Origin: a virus
DNA length: 64,000 nucleotides
Virus record (IMG/VR): IMGVR_UViG_3300020057_000001
Span: 1-64,000 of that record
Reading direction: 5' to 3' (one strand)
Part shown: positions 9,401-19,719 of the stretch, one piece after another
How positions within the stretch are numbered: the first letter of the stretch is position 1
Layout: each line of letters begins with the position of its first letter
Made by a program: the position numbers and the translations under genes
Notes under the pieces: generated by a model
The model's input: only the letters and a program-made list of their open reading frames with translations
The model's database searches: none
Told to the model about the DNA's origin: nothing

Positions 9401-12400
9401 GACCTCAACACCACAGACAAAACAGTCTCTTTGCCACTCTATAAATCTGCGCAGATTGCGTCTATCCCTGTTTCCCCCGTCGGCGGCCTTGGTGACGTAT
9501 GTCAAGTGACGTTCAAAGACCCAGACGACCTCCTAACGCTCGCAAGTCCTAATACAGGGCGCCCGTTCTTTGACGCTTTTAGCGCCTACTCTTCTTTCAA
9601 CTTTAACGACTTCCGCGTCCTCTCAAAATCTGTTGGTGTATACCTCCCCGCAGGGCTCTTAAGCACGGTAGGCTTTGCTATCCGCTCTAAGACGTTTGGT
9701 GGACATAACCGCATTCGTTTTGCTACAAACCTTCCCACTTCGGCAAACCAAAGCACTATTCAAGTCTCGCACTCCAATTCGTATAACGGAGATGTAAACA
9801 CTTCGTTAGTAGTCTCCATGGCATCTGACGCGCAAGTACCGAATGCCCTTGTCGCCTCGGGTAACGTACAGCTAAAGTCGCTCAGCTTGGTCAACAGCGT
9901 CAGGACAATGGTGCTTTCGACAGAGACCGTTGCGTCCCCTGCCTTTACGCAACTCGGAACCTATACTTTCAACACCGCGACCGCAGGAACAAACCAAAAT
10001 GGTTCATTCCTAAAAATCGTAAACAACCAAAAAAGTCCTTCGAGCCCTATCGTTGTCACCGACGTACCCGGCCTTCCTTGGACTGTCGAGGTGCAGTTGA
10101 ACGGAACCACTCCCTCCCTTGCAACAACCCAAGCCTTGTCGTCCATTTTTGTGAATTTTCCTGCCACAACTGGAACGGGTACCCTTGCGTTGCAACCAAG
10201 CGACCCTTCGTACAATCCTGGCTCGCAAGCGTTTTCCGTTATCCCAACGGCAACCGGAAGCCTACAGTTTCAAGGCATCTTACCGAACACTTTGCAAAAT
10301 GGTTGGACAATTATCATTACGTCTACAGGAGCACCCACCGTAGGTACTCCGACGTTTACAGGTAGCCCGACCGCTTGGACACTAGACCTTAAAAATAACA
10401 CGCTTGACCAAACTGCTTTGCAGGCTTTAATTAATGGTAATCCGTCTTTTTCATCTAAAATTCAAATCTTTGGGACGGGTACTATCTCCCCTGCGCAAGT
10501 CCCCTCGCCGGTAACTTTAACAATGATAGCTGGGCTCGACCCGTACAATCTAAAACAAGTATTAAACGGAACTGACCTCTCCAACGGAGCCTTTGACACA
10601 GCGGCTTTTCAAGTGGGCAACATCCTCAATATTGGCGGACCCGTAACTTCAGGCAACCTAATCCCTGTTGGGTCGTTTCCCATTACAGCCAAGAGCAGTG
10701 GGCAGTTGACTATTAAAGTACCTAACTACACAGGGCTGTACGCATCAGGTACATTCACAAACATGAGCGCATCCGGCTTTCCGATTAGTTCCTTTCCACT
10801 CCTCAGCAAAACATGGGCAGAGTACGCCACAGCCGTAAACGACTATCAACCAGCCAGTTTGCTTGCAGCAGCAGAAGCGCTGGGAGCAACGTCTACTGTG
10901 TTCACCGACCCGACGTATATCACTACCCCTAACACTGGCTCGCTGCCTGCAACTGTGACCACGGTAGCTCAATCGCTAAACTTCCACTCTTTTGAGTGTA
11001 ACCTCGCGGGCTACGCATCGATCATTAGCTACAATGTTGCGACCAACGCTGTGCAACTGCTATCACAGACACTCAACCCGCTGTTCCCAAGTGCCGCACA
11101 AGCGCCTTCAAGTCTGTATTCGGCAATCAATGAGGCAGTTTTTATCGTCCCATCTAACAACGCAACTTTAGCGCGGTGGGCTTCTTTTTCTGCCGCTTCT
11201 ACGCTTCCACTTTTTGCTACGGTTGACCGCCTTCCTAACGATAGCGCCATTCAACTTTCCTCTCAGGGCGTTGGATCACAGAGTGCTGTGCAAGCTCAGG
11301 CAACCTACGCCAACCAGTTTTCTGAAACCATCCTGACTACAGCGTCAAAAGACAACGATGCTACTACTGTAACGGTACTAGCAACGCAAGCGGAAGCTCT
11401 CGGACGCCATGAGATTGTCCAAGTGACAAACAGCATGGCAACCGACTCAACACGTCCTTACGCTACAGCGGCTACTATCACTACCGCGTTCAACCCAGCA
11501 GACGATCGCCCGTGGTTTACAGCTATCTCAAGAGTATACGTCGACAACGACGCTGTAACGACTACGGCACCAACCCTCGTCCTTTTAAGAGCAGGGCAAG
11601 CGGTAAACGGCACCGAAGCAGGCGAACCGCTGCAAACAAGCGACCAAATTACTACAACGTCACTCTCAAATGGGCGCGTACGGTTTTCACTCACGGGTGC
11701 AGGCATTCTTGCTGCCCGCGTGGGTGACATGCTTTACGTCCCGCCGTCCAGAGGTGCTTACACTTCTCCTTTTGCTGCGGACGTTGTCTGCGCTTCGCCG
11801 ACTGAATTCACTTATACACCTACTGGTAATAAAGTGGTCTCAGGTGCTGCATTAGGTGGTATGATTCCTTACCTAGGCTACCCTGTAGTCCAAGTGGAAT
11901 CCGCAACAAGCGTTATTGTGCTGGCACCCCGAATGGTTACTTTTGCAAGTGTATCTCTTACCTCTGGTCAACGAAGGGCTGCACTTTTCCTACCAAGCCC
12001 TTGGGCAGAAAAGAACATTAGGACGTCTGTTCATGAAGGCGCTGGCAGGGCTCAAGGCTTAAACGCTCTCACCGGCGCAAACTGTTACGCACTTCTGCGC
12101 AAAATCCAAGGCAACTTTTTCTCTCTTACACTTTCAAACACCTCGACAAGCACCAGCTCTGCTCCTGTGTTCGCAAACGATAATCTCGTTCTTCAAAACA
12201 TGGGTGTTAGCACCGACGACAAAATTGTACTTGGGCCGGTGTTCCTAGAAGCCAACAGAGGCGACTGGACTTTAGTTTCCCACGACGACAAGAACACTAT
12301 GATCATTCACCGAGACCTTGGCGGTGCCGAGGAAACTCTTGACGCAGCCGTTCTTTGGTGGGGTGTCAAAGTAAACGGTGGAACCGTAGGGCAACCTTTC

Positions 12401-13249
12401 TATCAAAGACCGGTTCGCATACTGGACGCCGATTCAGTACGTATTGGTTCGAAACTCAGAATAGCCGCTAATGCGGGATTCGGAAGCCTTGCTTACGTAG
12501 GCTCTTGGGCCGTGTCGGATATCGGTTACTGGTTGCCTTCAGGTGCCACAGACGACCGCCAGCTTGCACCTTTTACAACTATTTCTTTAAACTCCCCTGT
12601 AACGACAGCTACCACCACCACGGTCATACCCGCAGGTATCTCTTTCCAAGAGGCTACGGCTACATCGGTCTTTCGCATGGTCGCTGGCTTTTCACCAAGC
12701 CCTGTTGATACCACAAAAGCTGATCTCTTCTTAGTCCCGTCGCGTCGCGTAGAGCGCATGAAACCTGACCTGAACACGACAATAATTGGGATTGGTAAAT
12801 TAGGGTTTGCGACCGAGCCACAGACAGGGGTCGACGGCTATAAAGTGTTTTCTGGTCTCGTACAAGAAGCGCATAAAACCATAGACGGCTTTCCGCCGTC
12901 TCCTACGCAATATCCAGGTATCAAAGCAGCGGGAACAAGCGTGTCTATCTTACCACCCCTCTTGAAATCGCTTGCAATGACGCTTAAGATAAGGACGAGG
13001 GACGGTATCTCTATTAACGTTGTTGCGGACATCGTAAGGTCTTCGGTTTCTTCTTATGTACTAGACCAAGCCGTGGGACAAGCAATCGTTATATCCAGTA
13101 TCGTCAGCCTTGTTTCTGACATCGCAGGGGTTGCATCTGTAGAGGTAACGGCAACAACTCCTACTGCGGTCGATGGTTACATCCCATTGGCCGATTCCGA
13201 AAAAGCAGTAGTCTTGAACTCACAAACCGACATCGGAATAGAAGGCTGA
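6443..13249 (+). CDS. Giant baseplate J/gp47-like wedge protein (2268 aa)
   Basis: N-terminal ITDF..GG, GSVT, GTIGN, DGRDTESDADLRQRI; J-like C-terminus (IKAAG...GQAIVIS...IAGVASV); long beta-rich insert. Confidence 0.8.
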   Translation: MAAPISVKSKDQLLGDMVRTISNQTDITDFKAGGGLVSLMEAIATRQFQFQTEILKIIETSDVDNLVGSRLDDLAASILLPNSTGGVGRKPALPASGSVTIGSNFKKVATRFYQGKPPAFAGSTILYLQDASAFSNPSSSPKVYLGRNTLDNFEGPIQYTALTNNGSFWTLTLSSPLTKNHSYSDEIVLAQGGNRIVPASTSVIIQAKDGQAQINFTTTTSVSLFDGEAETSASVGCALSGTIGNAATNAINSFVTVPFTGATVANSTAFVDGRDTESDADLRQRIKDYPATLSRGTEASIRAALDGLVDPVSNKAITSASLIRPTTSGDPTTIYIDDGSGLEPTFGYQDYELLLAKASGQEQSFRTAQVPVTPVLVTGSVTAPFDLSAASTITILVDGVTIALQVNTANYSDIRAATAYEVVRDLNTQSALLAWRTVNSGKQVTVFDANNDAEEIEVTSGVLQQALGLPTITTRNIYLYVNGVLNSFKGKTAAVTTDTYPWVGMTNPINSCQVFIDQVTTPVTFSITDADFSPNTVANATLTQWAAVLRKKIPGVSIVVVENRLLIASNLLRSPDSRIQVAGGLVGSGKMFAVAQSSTGATRDYEFNRFTGDIRFVDKVPTSSVVEIASTKTRAFVSSQVASTGTFDLTPSSQFGVGQMLVVTDSATTIRAMGIATSLTATNLSNNLCRLTDASASLFANVQAGDYMYFVNNVLANATLARTSDGLYLVRAQTATTITVEASDAQITAFTVGGIVYSTGMIQAFSCEKAPEIAVIKSSVTGQTSIAQLAKALNDQAIAFAVDTVGGQQLRLRTRAFSPTSTVSVVGLVGPLASVFTLTVAEPITLQSHVGFSSSPFSDMGLPVVTSVITDRATAFLKITPDLTDVTTNTEPFDVNPNPVIVQDALVTSYPLGFGELFLAGKAGGQRFRTYNTTGTAPFTGFARGSGGVRFPQTQNTSAGANYYSNYGLRLEDLPITNVDKFVATFDLNTTDKTVSLPLYKSAQIASIPVSPVGGLGDVCQVTFKDPDDLLTLASPNTGRPFFDAFSAYSSFNFNDFRVLSKSVGVYLPAGLLSTVGFAIRSKTFGGHNRIRFATNLPTSANQSTIQVSHSNSYNGDVNTSLVVSMASDAQVPNALVASGNVQLKSLSLVNSVRTMVLSTETVASPAFTQLGTYTFNTATAGTNQNGSFLKIVNNQKSPSSPIVVTDVPGLPWTVEVQLNGTTPSLATTQALSSIFVNFPATTGTGTLALQPSDPSYNPGSQAFSVIPTATGSLQFQGILPNTLQNGWTIIITSTGAPTVGTPTFTGSPTAWTLDLKNNTLDQTALQALINGNPSFSSKIQIFGTGTISPAQVPSPVTLTMIAGLDPYNLKQVLNGTDLSNGAFDTAAFQVGNILNIGGPVTSGNLIPVGSFPITAKSSGQLTIKVPNYTGLYASGTFTNMSASGFPISSFPLLSKTWAEYATAVNDYQPASLLAAAEALGATSTVFTDPTYITTPNTGSLPATVTTVAQSLNFHSFECNLAGYASIISYNVATNAVQLLSQTLNPLFPSAAQAPSSLYSAINEAVFIVPSNNATLARWASFSAASTLPLFATVDRLPNDSAIQLSSQGVGSQSAVQAQATYANQFSETILTTASKDNDATTVTVLATQAEALGRHEIVQVTNSMATDSTRPYATAATITTAFNPADDRPWFTAISRVYVDNDAVTTTAPTLVLLRAGQAVNGTEAGEPLQTSDQITTTSLSNGRVRFSLTGAGILAARVGDMLYVPPSRGAYTSPFAADVVCASPTEFTYTPTGNKVVSGAALGGMIPYLGYPVVQVESATSVIVLAPRMVTFASVSLTSGQRRAALFLPSPWAEKNIRTSVHEGAGRAQGLNALTGANCYALLRKIQGNFFSLTLSNTSTSTSSAPVFANDNLVLQNMGVSTDDKIVLGPVFLEANRGDWTLVSHDDKNTMIIHRDLGGAEETLDAAVLWWGVKVNGGTVGQPFYQRPVRILDADSVRIGSKLRIAANAGFGSLAYVGSWAVSDIGYWLPSGATDDRQLAPFTTISLNSPVTTATTTTVIPAGISFQEATATSVFRMVAGFSPSPVDTTKADLFLVPSRRVERMKPDLNTTIIGIGKLGFATEPQTGVDGYKVFSGLVQEAHKTIDGFPPSPTQYPGIKAAGTSVSILPPLLKSLAMTLKIRTRDGISINVVADIVRSSVSSYVLDQAVGQAIVISSIVSLVSDIAGVASVEVTATTPTAVDGYIPLADSEKAVVLNSQTDIGIEG

Positions 13250-13254
13250 ACCAA

Positions 13255-13476
13255 ATGGCATTGGAAAAAAAGACAGCAGACGGTAGCTTAGAATTCCTAG
13301 TGTCAGACTGGGCACAGAACATCTCGCTGAATAGCCCTTCAATCGCAGCTTTGAACACTTTTCACAAGCAGACAGAACGCATAGCCGACCTGCAAAAGCA
13401 AGCGGCACTCACCCCTGGTGAAACTGTAGAACTTACACTTCTTCTCAAAAATAAATGGAACATCGCGAATGACTAA
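13255..13476 (+). CDS. Small hypothetical protein in baseplate operon
   Basis: Fills the gap and overlaps the next start. Confidence 0.55.
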   Translation: MALEKKTADGSLEFLVSDWAQNISLNSPSIAALNTFHKQTERIADLQKQAALTPGETVELTLLLKNKWNIAND

Positions 13477-16321
13477 GCCATACGTCAGGCAGTTCTTACC
13501 CGCTTCCTACAAGACACCGCAAGCTAAAACCCTTGCGGCTATTCTAAATGCAATAGAAGCTAACGAAGAGTACCTTGAGCAATTCCTTATTGCTTATCAA
13601 AACAATTTATTCGAGAGCCGTGCAGACTTCTCCCACTTTCTAAAACTTCTTTCGGCCCAAGGGGTAACTCTCCCTTCTGGGTCAGGTCTGAGCTTCCAGT
13701 CGTTTAGGCTTATAGCACCCCTTGTAGCCCACCTCCCGAAGCAGATCAATTCAACGGCGTCAGCGCTTATTGAAACGTTTTTTGGCCTAGGTCTTACGCA
13801 CCCAAGTGTAATCTCAGGACGCGCAGAAAACTACAGTTTGCAGACGGGGGACGACCTCGTTGTAGAAACAGACGCAGGCACGGTAACAGTCGCAGTAGAT
13901 GCGTCTGTGTTTTCAGACCCACGGAATGTTTCCGCTGCGGAACTTGCAGCGTACCTGACAGGTGCCCAAAATCTCTTTTTGTGTGACGCTTACGTCAACC
14001 GTAACGACGGTAAAACTTATATACGCTTGCTTTCAAAAGGGTCTGGGCAGGGCGACTGGATCGCTGTGAAAGGCGGGACGCTCCAAAACAGCCTGCTGTT
14101 TCCTCCCGTAGTGGATACCGCGAACACGTTTCAGACCCAGTTTCGGCTCGTCAAATCTGTACCGTATACGGACGTTTTACGGGTTGAGTGGGCAGACCCT
14201 GACAACGTTAGATTTGAGCGCATAAACCTTACCACGTCTACTTTTAATATAGGGTTACACGGGCTTGCTAACAACACGACAGTGACCTTTACCTCAGATG
14301 GTACCCTCCCCGCACCCCTCGCATTAAACACGACGTATCACGTAATAAATTCAACAGACAACGCTTTTCGCATCAGTGCCACGAGCGGCGGTCCATTTAT
14401 AACCTTGACGGACAAAGGGAGTGCTGACTTTCACTACGTCAAGCGTGTGCTTCCTACGAACTCCGCCACAGACCCCCAACTCTACAAGCTTCAAACAGGG
14501 GACATTGTAAGTATCCGCGGACTTTTTGACGTGGGTGTTTCCGGTGTACTGAGCGTGCAAGTCGTGGACGACCAAGGAAACGACGTTGTTGACTTTACGA
14601 CAGGTTTACCTGTAGTTATCGACATTAACTATAACGCCGGAAACTACTCTGTCCTTAACGGCTCACGGGACGTAAGCAACGTTGGGCGCGACTACTTTTA
14701 CATTCAAGTACGCGGCCTTGAACTACAAGGCTTACCGCCTTCCACGGGTACATTGGTCCAACTTGGACCTAAAGATGTTGTCTTTACAAGACCGTTTCAG
14801 CATCGGGTGTACGCTCAAGATGAATACGTTACAATTTCCGAAACAGAGGCTGCTACCCTTACAGTAACCGTGCCTGCGGTGCCACCGATTGTAAAACGTT
14901 TTTTACAAGGGTCTATGAACATTGCTGGCACCGACAATCTTGTTAGCGGGTTTTCTCGGACAACTATGGACGTTACAGGGACAACTCCCATTTCCAACGG
15001 TAGTTCCGTTTACCTTTCATCTAACCAAGTAGACGCTGACTTCGTCGGGAAACCGCTAAAAATGGTTACTCAGGTCGGACCGACATACATAATCGATGAT
15101 GCCGATTTAGCCTTCGACGTGCTACCGTTTACCACATCTACACCTATTGGCGTGAACGACCCCTTTGAGGTCACGCTGGATAGTGACTTAATTGGCGTAA
15201 CGTTTACCTACCGGCACGGGTTTAAAGTGGGACAAGCGGTGTCAATTAATGGCGCTACTGCAAACTTCGGCTACTCCGTCAACGGTGAATGGATTGTCGT
15301 AGAAGTTCCTTCGGAATATAAGCTAGTTTTCAAACAGCACACAGCCGTATACGCAGGGCGAGTCGTCCCCTTGGCTTTACAAACTGCCTCGGTGATAAAC
15401 GTGACAGGTCGAGCAGACCACGCCGACGTCGCAATCGTATTCCCTTCTCCCGCAGCACTTGCTCCGTTAGGGGTAGAAGTCGGTAAAGCCGTCAAATTAT
15501 CGGTCACAGGCTCTGAAGTTGTGATCGCTCCTGTTGCTTGGGCTGCGCTTGTACGGGTCCCACTAATCGTGACAGAAGTGTCTGGCAGCACTGTGTATGC
15601 TCGTTCGAACGTATCTTATCCCTTTGCTCTCACGGTAGCCACCGGAGTAAAGTTCAGAATTCCAAAAACAAATTTTGGAAACGCCTTTGCCAGACATTTT
15701 TTGAATTTAACACCCTCACCAGTTAAATTAAATCTCTTAGACGGTTACAACTATGACCGTCTCATCAGAGGGCTGTTTGTCCAGGTGTTAGGCTACCCAG
15801 CCGCTGCGGTGACGAACGCCAACTGGCAGGGTCCCTTCATCTACGATCCTTTTGGCGAAACAGGGATACGCTATCAAGTGGGACAACCTTTTGGTACGCT
15901 ATCCTCCCCTATCGTAATTGGCTCAAATAACACGACAATTTCGCTCACGTCGTCGGGCACGCTGTTTAGTGATTCAGGCTACCTTGTTCTTTCCTACGGT
16001 GGATTAGACGCCGAAGGTCCAATCCGATATACTTCCGTAACTACAGGTAGTTCTCTGACCACTATTGAGCTTGACCCCAGTTACACGTTTTCCGGATCGC
16101 ACGCCCTCCAAGCACAAGTGCGAGAAGTTGTTAGCCTAGAGCCACACCAACCTCTCGACAACGGGCAAGACTTTACTACTTACCTCACTTCGGCGGCTCC
16201 GACACGAGAAGCTCTTTTTACTTATCTAAAACAAATCTTAAGCGTAAGCGTATTTGTAGAGCAAGACTTGAGACTTCCTCAAGTCTTGTGGCAAGATGCT
16301 GGTATACCAGTCTACGACTGA
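13469..16321 (+). CDS. Putative baseplate wedge/tail structural protein
   Basis: Follows the J gene; helical N-terminus, beta-rich body. Confidence 0.55.
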   Translation: MTKPYVRQFLPASYKTPQAKTLAAILNAIEANEEYLEQFLIAYQNNLFESRADFSHFLKLLSAQGVTLPSGSGLSFQSFRLIAPLVAHLPKQINSTASALIETFFGLGLTHPSVISGRAENYSLQTGDDLVVETDAGTVTVAVDASVFSDPRNVSAAELAAYLTGAQNLFLCDAYVNRNDGKTYIRLLSKGSGQGDWIAVKGGTLQNSLLFPPVVDTANTFQTQFRLVKSVPYTDVLRVEWADPDNVRFERINLTTSTFNIGLHGLANNTTVTFTSDGTLPAPLALNTTYHVINSTDNAFRISATSGGPFITLTDKGSADFHYVKRVLPTNSATDPQLYKLQTGDIVSIRGLFDVGVSGVLSVQVVDDQGNDVVDFTTGLPVVIDINYNAGNYSVLNGSRDVSNVGRDYFYIQVRGLELQGLPPSTGTLVQLGPKDVVFTRPFQHRVYAQDEYVTISETEAATLTVTVPAVPPIVKRFLQGSMNIAGTDNLVSGFSRTTMDVTGTTPISNGSSVYLSSNQVDADFVGKPLKMVTQVGPTYIIDDADLAFDVLPFTTSTPIGVNDPFEVTLDSDLIGVTFTYRHGFKVGQAVSINGATANFGYSVNGEWIVVEVPSEYKLVFKQHTAVYAGRVVPLALQTASVINVTGRADHADVAIVFPSPAALAPLGVEVGKAVKLSVTGSEVVIAPVAWAALVRVPLIVTEVSGSTVYARSNVSYPFALTVATGVKFRIPKTNFGNAFARHFLNLTPSPVKLNLLDGYNYDRLIRGLFVQVLGYPAAAVTNANWQGPFIYDPFGETGIRYQVGQPFGTLSSPIVIGSNNTTISLTSSGTLFSDSGYLVLSYGGLDAEGPIRYTSVTTGSSLTTIELDPSYTFSGSHALQAQVREVVSLEPHQPLDNGQDFTTYLTSAAPTREALFTYLKQILSVSVFVEQDLRLPQVLWQDAGIPVYD

Positions 16322-16362
16322 GCCCTGCGGCCTAAAATAGACATAAGAACAGCGGAGACACC

Positions 16363-18948
16363 ATGGCGAATCTTTCAAGCGTAAACTGGATACCGAGTCA
16401 GCGAGTAGACGTCAGTGACATGCGGGCTATTGAGTCCTACGTCGCTAGTGACCTTCGCGCCCTTGTCAACATGATCACTGGCCCTAGCGAACCCTTCGTG
16501 GTTAGAGGCTTTGAGGTTATCGCAGCAGGGAACGCCCAGATCTCTCTTTCCCTCGCTAATGCTATGGTTTTTACGCCCGCAGGCGGTGTAGGGTCTTTCT
16601 ACCTAGGTACCGCAGCTCAAGCCGACCTCGTTGTCCCCTTGGTAAAAGGCGCAACTAACTATATCCAACTCGTATTCAAACGCGAATCTCAAACCTCAGT
16701 TACTCGCGGTATCTGGGATCAGACTTCTCCCACAGGCGACTCCCCAGCGGGAACCCAATTTACTGCGTCTGTGAAAATCCAAAACGTAATGGTCCCCGAC
16801 GAAGTCAGCCTCGTCTCACAAGCAGGTCGCATCGAAGGCGCGGCGTCAATTGCAATTGTAGACGTTGCTTCAGACGGAACAGTCTCAAACTTTAGAGACG
16901 ACCGCACTCTTTTGTTTCGTCAAGGTCGACCAACCGATCCCACGTACCAATTCCCCTGGGCAACCACAAGACAAGAGCCAGTTCAAAGTACAACACTCGC
17001 TTCAAACCTTGCCGACACCAACACAGCGTCTGTCTATTACGCACGAGACGCAGCTACTGGTAAAGTTGTCAACGACAAAGGGATTACTAACCTTAAAGAT
17101 TTCTTTGACGCCCTTATGACTTCGCTAGGCGAGATCAGAGGCTCGTCGGTATGGTACGCAGGTTCCGGTTCCTCTGTTTATTTGAACAACCTTAACTTGA
17201 ACACAGCGTACATGGATTCCGAAGCAGGGCACCACTGGGAGCCTAAAGCTAATGCGTTCATTCAATGGTCGAAGCCCGACGCAGCTACCGGTGTACCTGA
17301 CTTTAAACTCCGGGCTTCCGCCACTGACACCATCTCTTGGGGTCTCAACTACGGAAACGTAAGGTGGGAACTCGGCGGCGCTTACACTTCAGACGTGTCG
17401 ACTAACGGCTCACTAAGCCGCAGGTCTTTTAGCGGAACCGCTGCGGATAACTTATTCGTTTCAGGGGTAATTGCTAGCGGCTTAAACGTTTACCTTGCGC
17501 TTGAAAGAGACACCACTCCCGCAGGCGCATCAACCAATACTGTGACGTGGTCGCCATCTGTTCTCCCGTCGTTTTCAGCAGCCGCTCTTTGGGACGTAGC
17601 TTACACGGTCTCGGGTATCAAAGGCGACTTTACCGGTATCGCTATTGGTGACTGGGTAAAAAAGGCAACAGACGGGCAGTGGGCTTACTACAAAGTACGC
17701 CGCTTACTCGTTGATAACGGAACATCTTCGGGTGTGCAGGTAGGAGCCACGGGCTCTTCCGCAAGCCCTACGATTATCGCAGGCGACGATGGCGCAGTAG
17801 CAAACAACAACGTGGTTGCCCTAGAGCTTGACCGCTCCCTTGTCCCTGCTGGGACAGTAGTCCAACAGCTTTTTTGGTTTCGTTCTAAATATGCGAGCGG
17901 TGACGTCATTGTGGAAACACTTGCTCAACGCAACCAAGCCATTCCACCTTACCGGTCTACGTCGTACTACTGGCTAGGCTACGCCTACGACAACGCCGGT
18001 ACTTTCACAGGCCGCTACTTCTCCCTTCGCAATTACGGCACCATGTCCCCAGGTGAAGAAGTACAGTCGCTCGATGATTCGGACCAAGCGATTGACTACA
18101 CCGCAGGCAACTCCGAGTTTGCGATTGACTTCCCAAATAATATTGCTTATAGCGCCTCGACGCTTACCGGCACTTCATTTCTCGCAAACATTGCAAGACG
18201 CCTTACCAACAACCTTATCCCGAATGCTGGCGGCGCAGCCAACAAAGCCTCAATCAATTATCAAATTGTCGCAGGGGGATCTCTTGGTATCAGTGTAGGT
18301 CAAGAGCTGTGGGTAAACCTACAGGATTCTTACTCTGCTAGCGTAATCACGTTGATAGCCGGAGTCGTGACAGCCACAGCGAACACGTACGAAGTGCGTT
18401 CAGCCACAGCAGCACCCATTAGAAGCCTAACCAACCGCAACGTGTTTTGCTTAGGCCGTGTCACAACGGACGGTTATTTTCAGTTTATTGACGGCACGAA
18501 GGTCGCTTCTTCGGGCTTGTTCGACAGAAGCCCAAGGCTTATAAACAACGTGCTTGTAGGCGGTAACGCAGTTGTCCCCTTGACGGCTACAAACACCCTG
18601 ACGCTTGGATCGGCTACAGGGGTGACTAGGCTCTCGGGCGGCCAAATTATTAAAAGACGGTTCACGAACACACTTAGCACTCAACTCACCCTTGCGGACT
18701 ATCTCATATCCGTAGACACAAACACTATCGCAGCAGTGGGGATTACCACGATTCTCCCCAACACGTCGACATTGGTTGCGGGTCAGGTATTTTGTATAAA
18801 AGACTCTACTGGAAAAGCGGACCTATACCCAATCGACGTTGTCGGTTTTGCGGGCGAGCTTATCGATGGCGAGGCTTTTCAGTCCATTAATTCTAATTAT
18901 GAACAAATGACTGTCGTGTGGACTGGAAGTTATTACGAAATAGTTTAA
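16363..18948 (+). CDS. Putative tail fibre/baseplate-associated protein
   Basis: N-terminal QRVDVSD..VVRGFEV head; C-terminal ISVDT...TILP...GQVFCIKD..G..IDG fibre-tip-type module. Confidence 0.6.
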   Translation: MANLSSVNWIPSQRVDVSDMRAIESYVASDLRALVNMITGPSEPFVVRGFEVIAAGNAQISLSLANAMVFTPAGGVGSFYLGTAAQADLVVPLVKGATNYIQLVFKRESQTSVTRGIWDQTSPTGDSPAGTQFTASVKIQNVMVPDEVSLVSQAGRIEGAASIAIVDVASDGTVSNFRDDRTLLFRQGRPTDPTYQFPWATTRQEPVQSTTLASNLADTNTASVYYARDAATGKVVNDKGITNLKDFFDALMTSLGEIRGSSVWYAGSGSSVYLNNLNLNTAYMDSEAGHHWEPKANAFIQWSKPDAATGVPDFKLRASATDTISWGLNYGNVRWELGGAYTSDVSTNGSLSRRSFSGTAADNLFVSGVIASGLNVYLALERDTTPAGASTNTVTWSPSVLPSFSAAALWDVAYTVSGIKGDFTGIAIGDWVKKATDGQWAYYKVRRLLVDNGTSSGVQVGATGSSASPTIIAGDDGAVANNNVVALELDRSLVPAGTVVQQLFWFRSKYASGDVIVETLAQRNQAIPPYRSTSYYWLGYAYDNAGTFTGRYFSLRNYGTMSPGEEVQSLDDSDQAIDYTAGNSEFAIDFPNNIAYSASTLTGTSFLANIARRLTNNLIPNAGGAANKASINYQIVAGGSLGISVGQELWVNLQDSYSASVITLIAGVVTATANTYEVRSATAAPIRSLTNRNVFCLGRVTTDGYFQFIDGTKVASSGLFDRSPRLINNVLVGGNAVVPLTATNTLTLGSATGVTRLSGGQIIKRRFTNTLSTQLTLADYLISVDTNTIAAVGITTILPNTSTLVAGQVFCIKDSTGKADLYPIDVVGFAGELIDGEAFQSINSNYEQMTVVWTGSYYEIV

Positions 18949-18972
18949 AGTCGTGTAGGGTTGTTCCGATAG
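18946..18972 (+). promoter_or_regulatory. sigma28/FliA-like promoter directly upstream of the right ankyrin array
   Basis: TAAA-GTCGTGTAGGGTTGT(15)-TCCGATAG. Confidence 0.7.
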
Positions 18973-18988
18973 TACATTTGAGGTGCGC

Positions 18989-19711
18989 ATGGATTATCAA
19001 TATGTATTTTTACTAGCCGCCAAAAATGGCGATTTAGGCACAGTAAAGCGATTGGTGGAAGCAGGTCTAGTTGACCCTAAAGATAGTGATGCTCTCTTGT
19101 TGCGCTTGGCTGCCAGTAACGGTCACTTAGAAGTAGTTAAGTTTTTACTCCCGCACTCCGACCCTAAAGCTAACGCTACTGAGGCTTTTCGCCGTGCTGC
19201 GGCTTACGGTCATTTAGAAGTAGTTAAGTTTTTGCTACCGCACTCCAACACTAAAGTTCAAAATTCTCAGGCTTTTCGCTTTGCTGCGGCTCACGGTCAT
19301 TTAGAAGTAGTTAAGTTTTTACTACCGTACTCTGACCCTAAAGCTAACTATTCTGAGGCTTTTCGCTTGGCTGCGGCTCACGGTCGTTTAGAAGTAGTAC
19401 AGTTTTTGCTACCCTACTCTGACCCTAAAGCTAACGCTTCTACGGCTTTGCGTTGGGCTGCTAAGAATGGTCGTTTAGAAGTAGTACAGTTTTTGCAACC
19501 ACACTCCGACCCTAAAGCTCAAAATTCTGAGGCTTTTCGTTGGGCGGCTTCGTACGGTTACCTAGGCGTAGTTAAGTTTTTACTACCGTACTCCGACCCT
19601 AAAGCTGACAATTCTCAGGCTTTTCGCTCGGCTGCTGCGAAGGGGCACTTAGAAATAGTTAAGTTTTTGCTACCCCATACCGACCCTGAAGTGGTAAGAC
19701 AATTTATCTGA
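18989..19711 (+). CDS. Ankyrin-repeat protein, 7 internal repeats
   Basis: GAGGTG SD; repeat motifs. Confidence 0.92.
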   Translation: MDYQYVFLLAAKNGDLGTVKRLVEAGLVDPKDSDALLLRLAASNGHLEVVKFLLPHSDPKANATEAFRRAAAYGHLEVVKFLLPHSNTKVQNSQAFRFAAAHGHLEVVKFLLPYSDPKANYSEAFRLAAAHGRLEVVQFLLPYSDPKANASTALRWAAKNGRLEVVQFLQPHSDPKAQNSEAFRWAASYGYLGVVKFLLPYSDPKADNSQAFRSAAAKGHLEIVKFLLPHTDPEVVRQFI

Positions 19712-19719
19712 GGTGAAAC

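Noticed and set aside
6913-18684. Many antisense and alternate-frame ORFs inside baseplate/fibre genes (also 43054-44793 and 54033-59919)
   Set aside because: Shadows of S/T/A/V/G-rich coding sequence with no SD or motifs, unlike the nested MTase ORF
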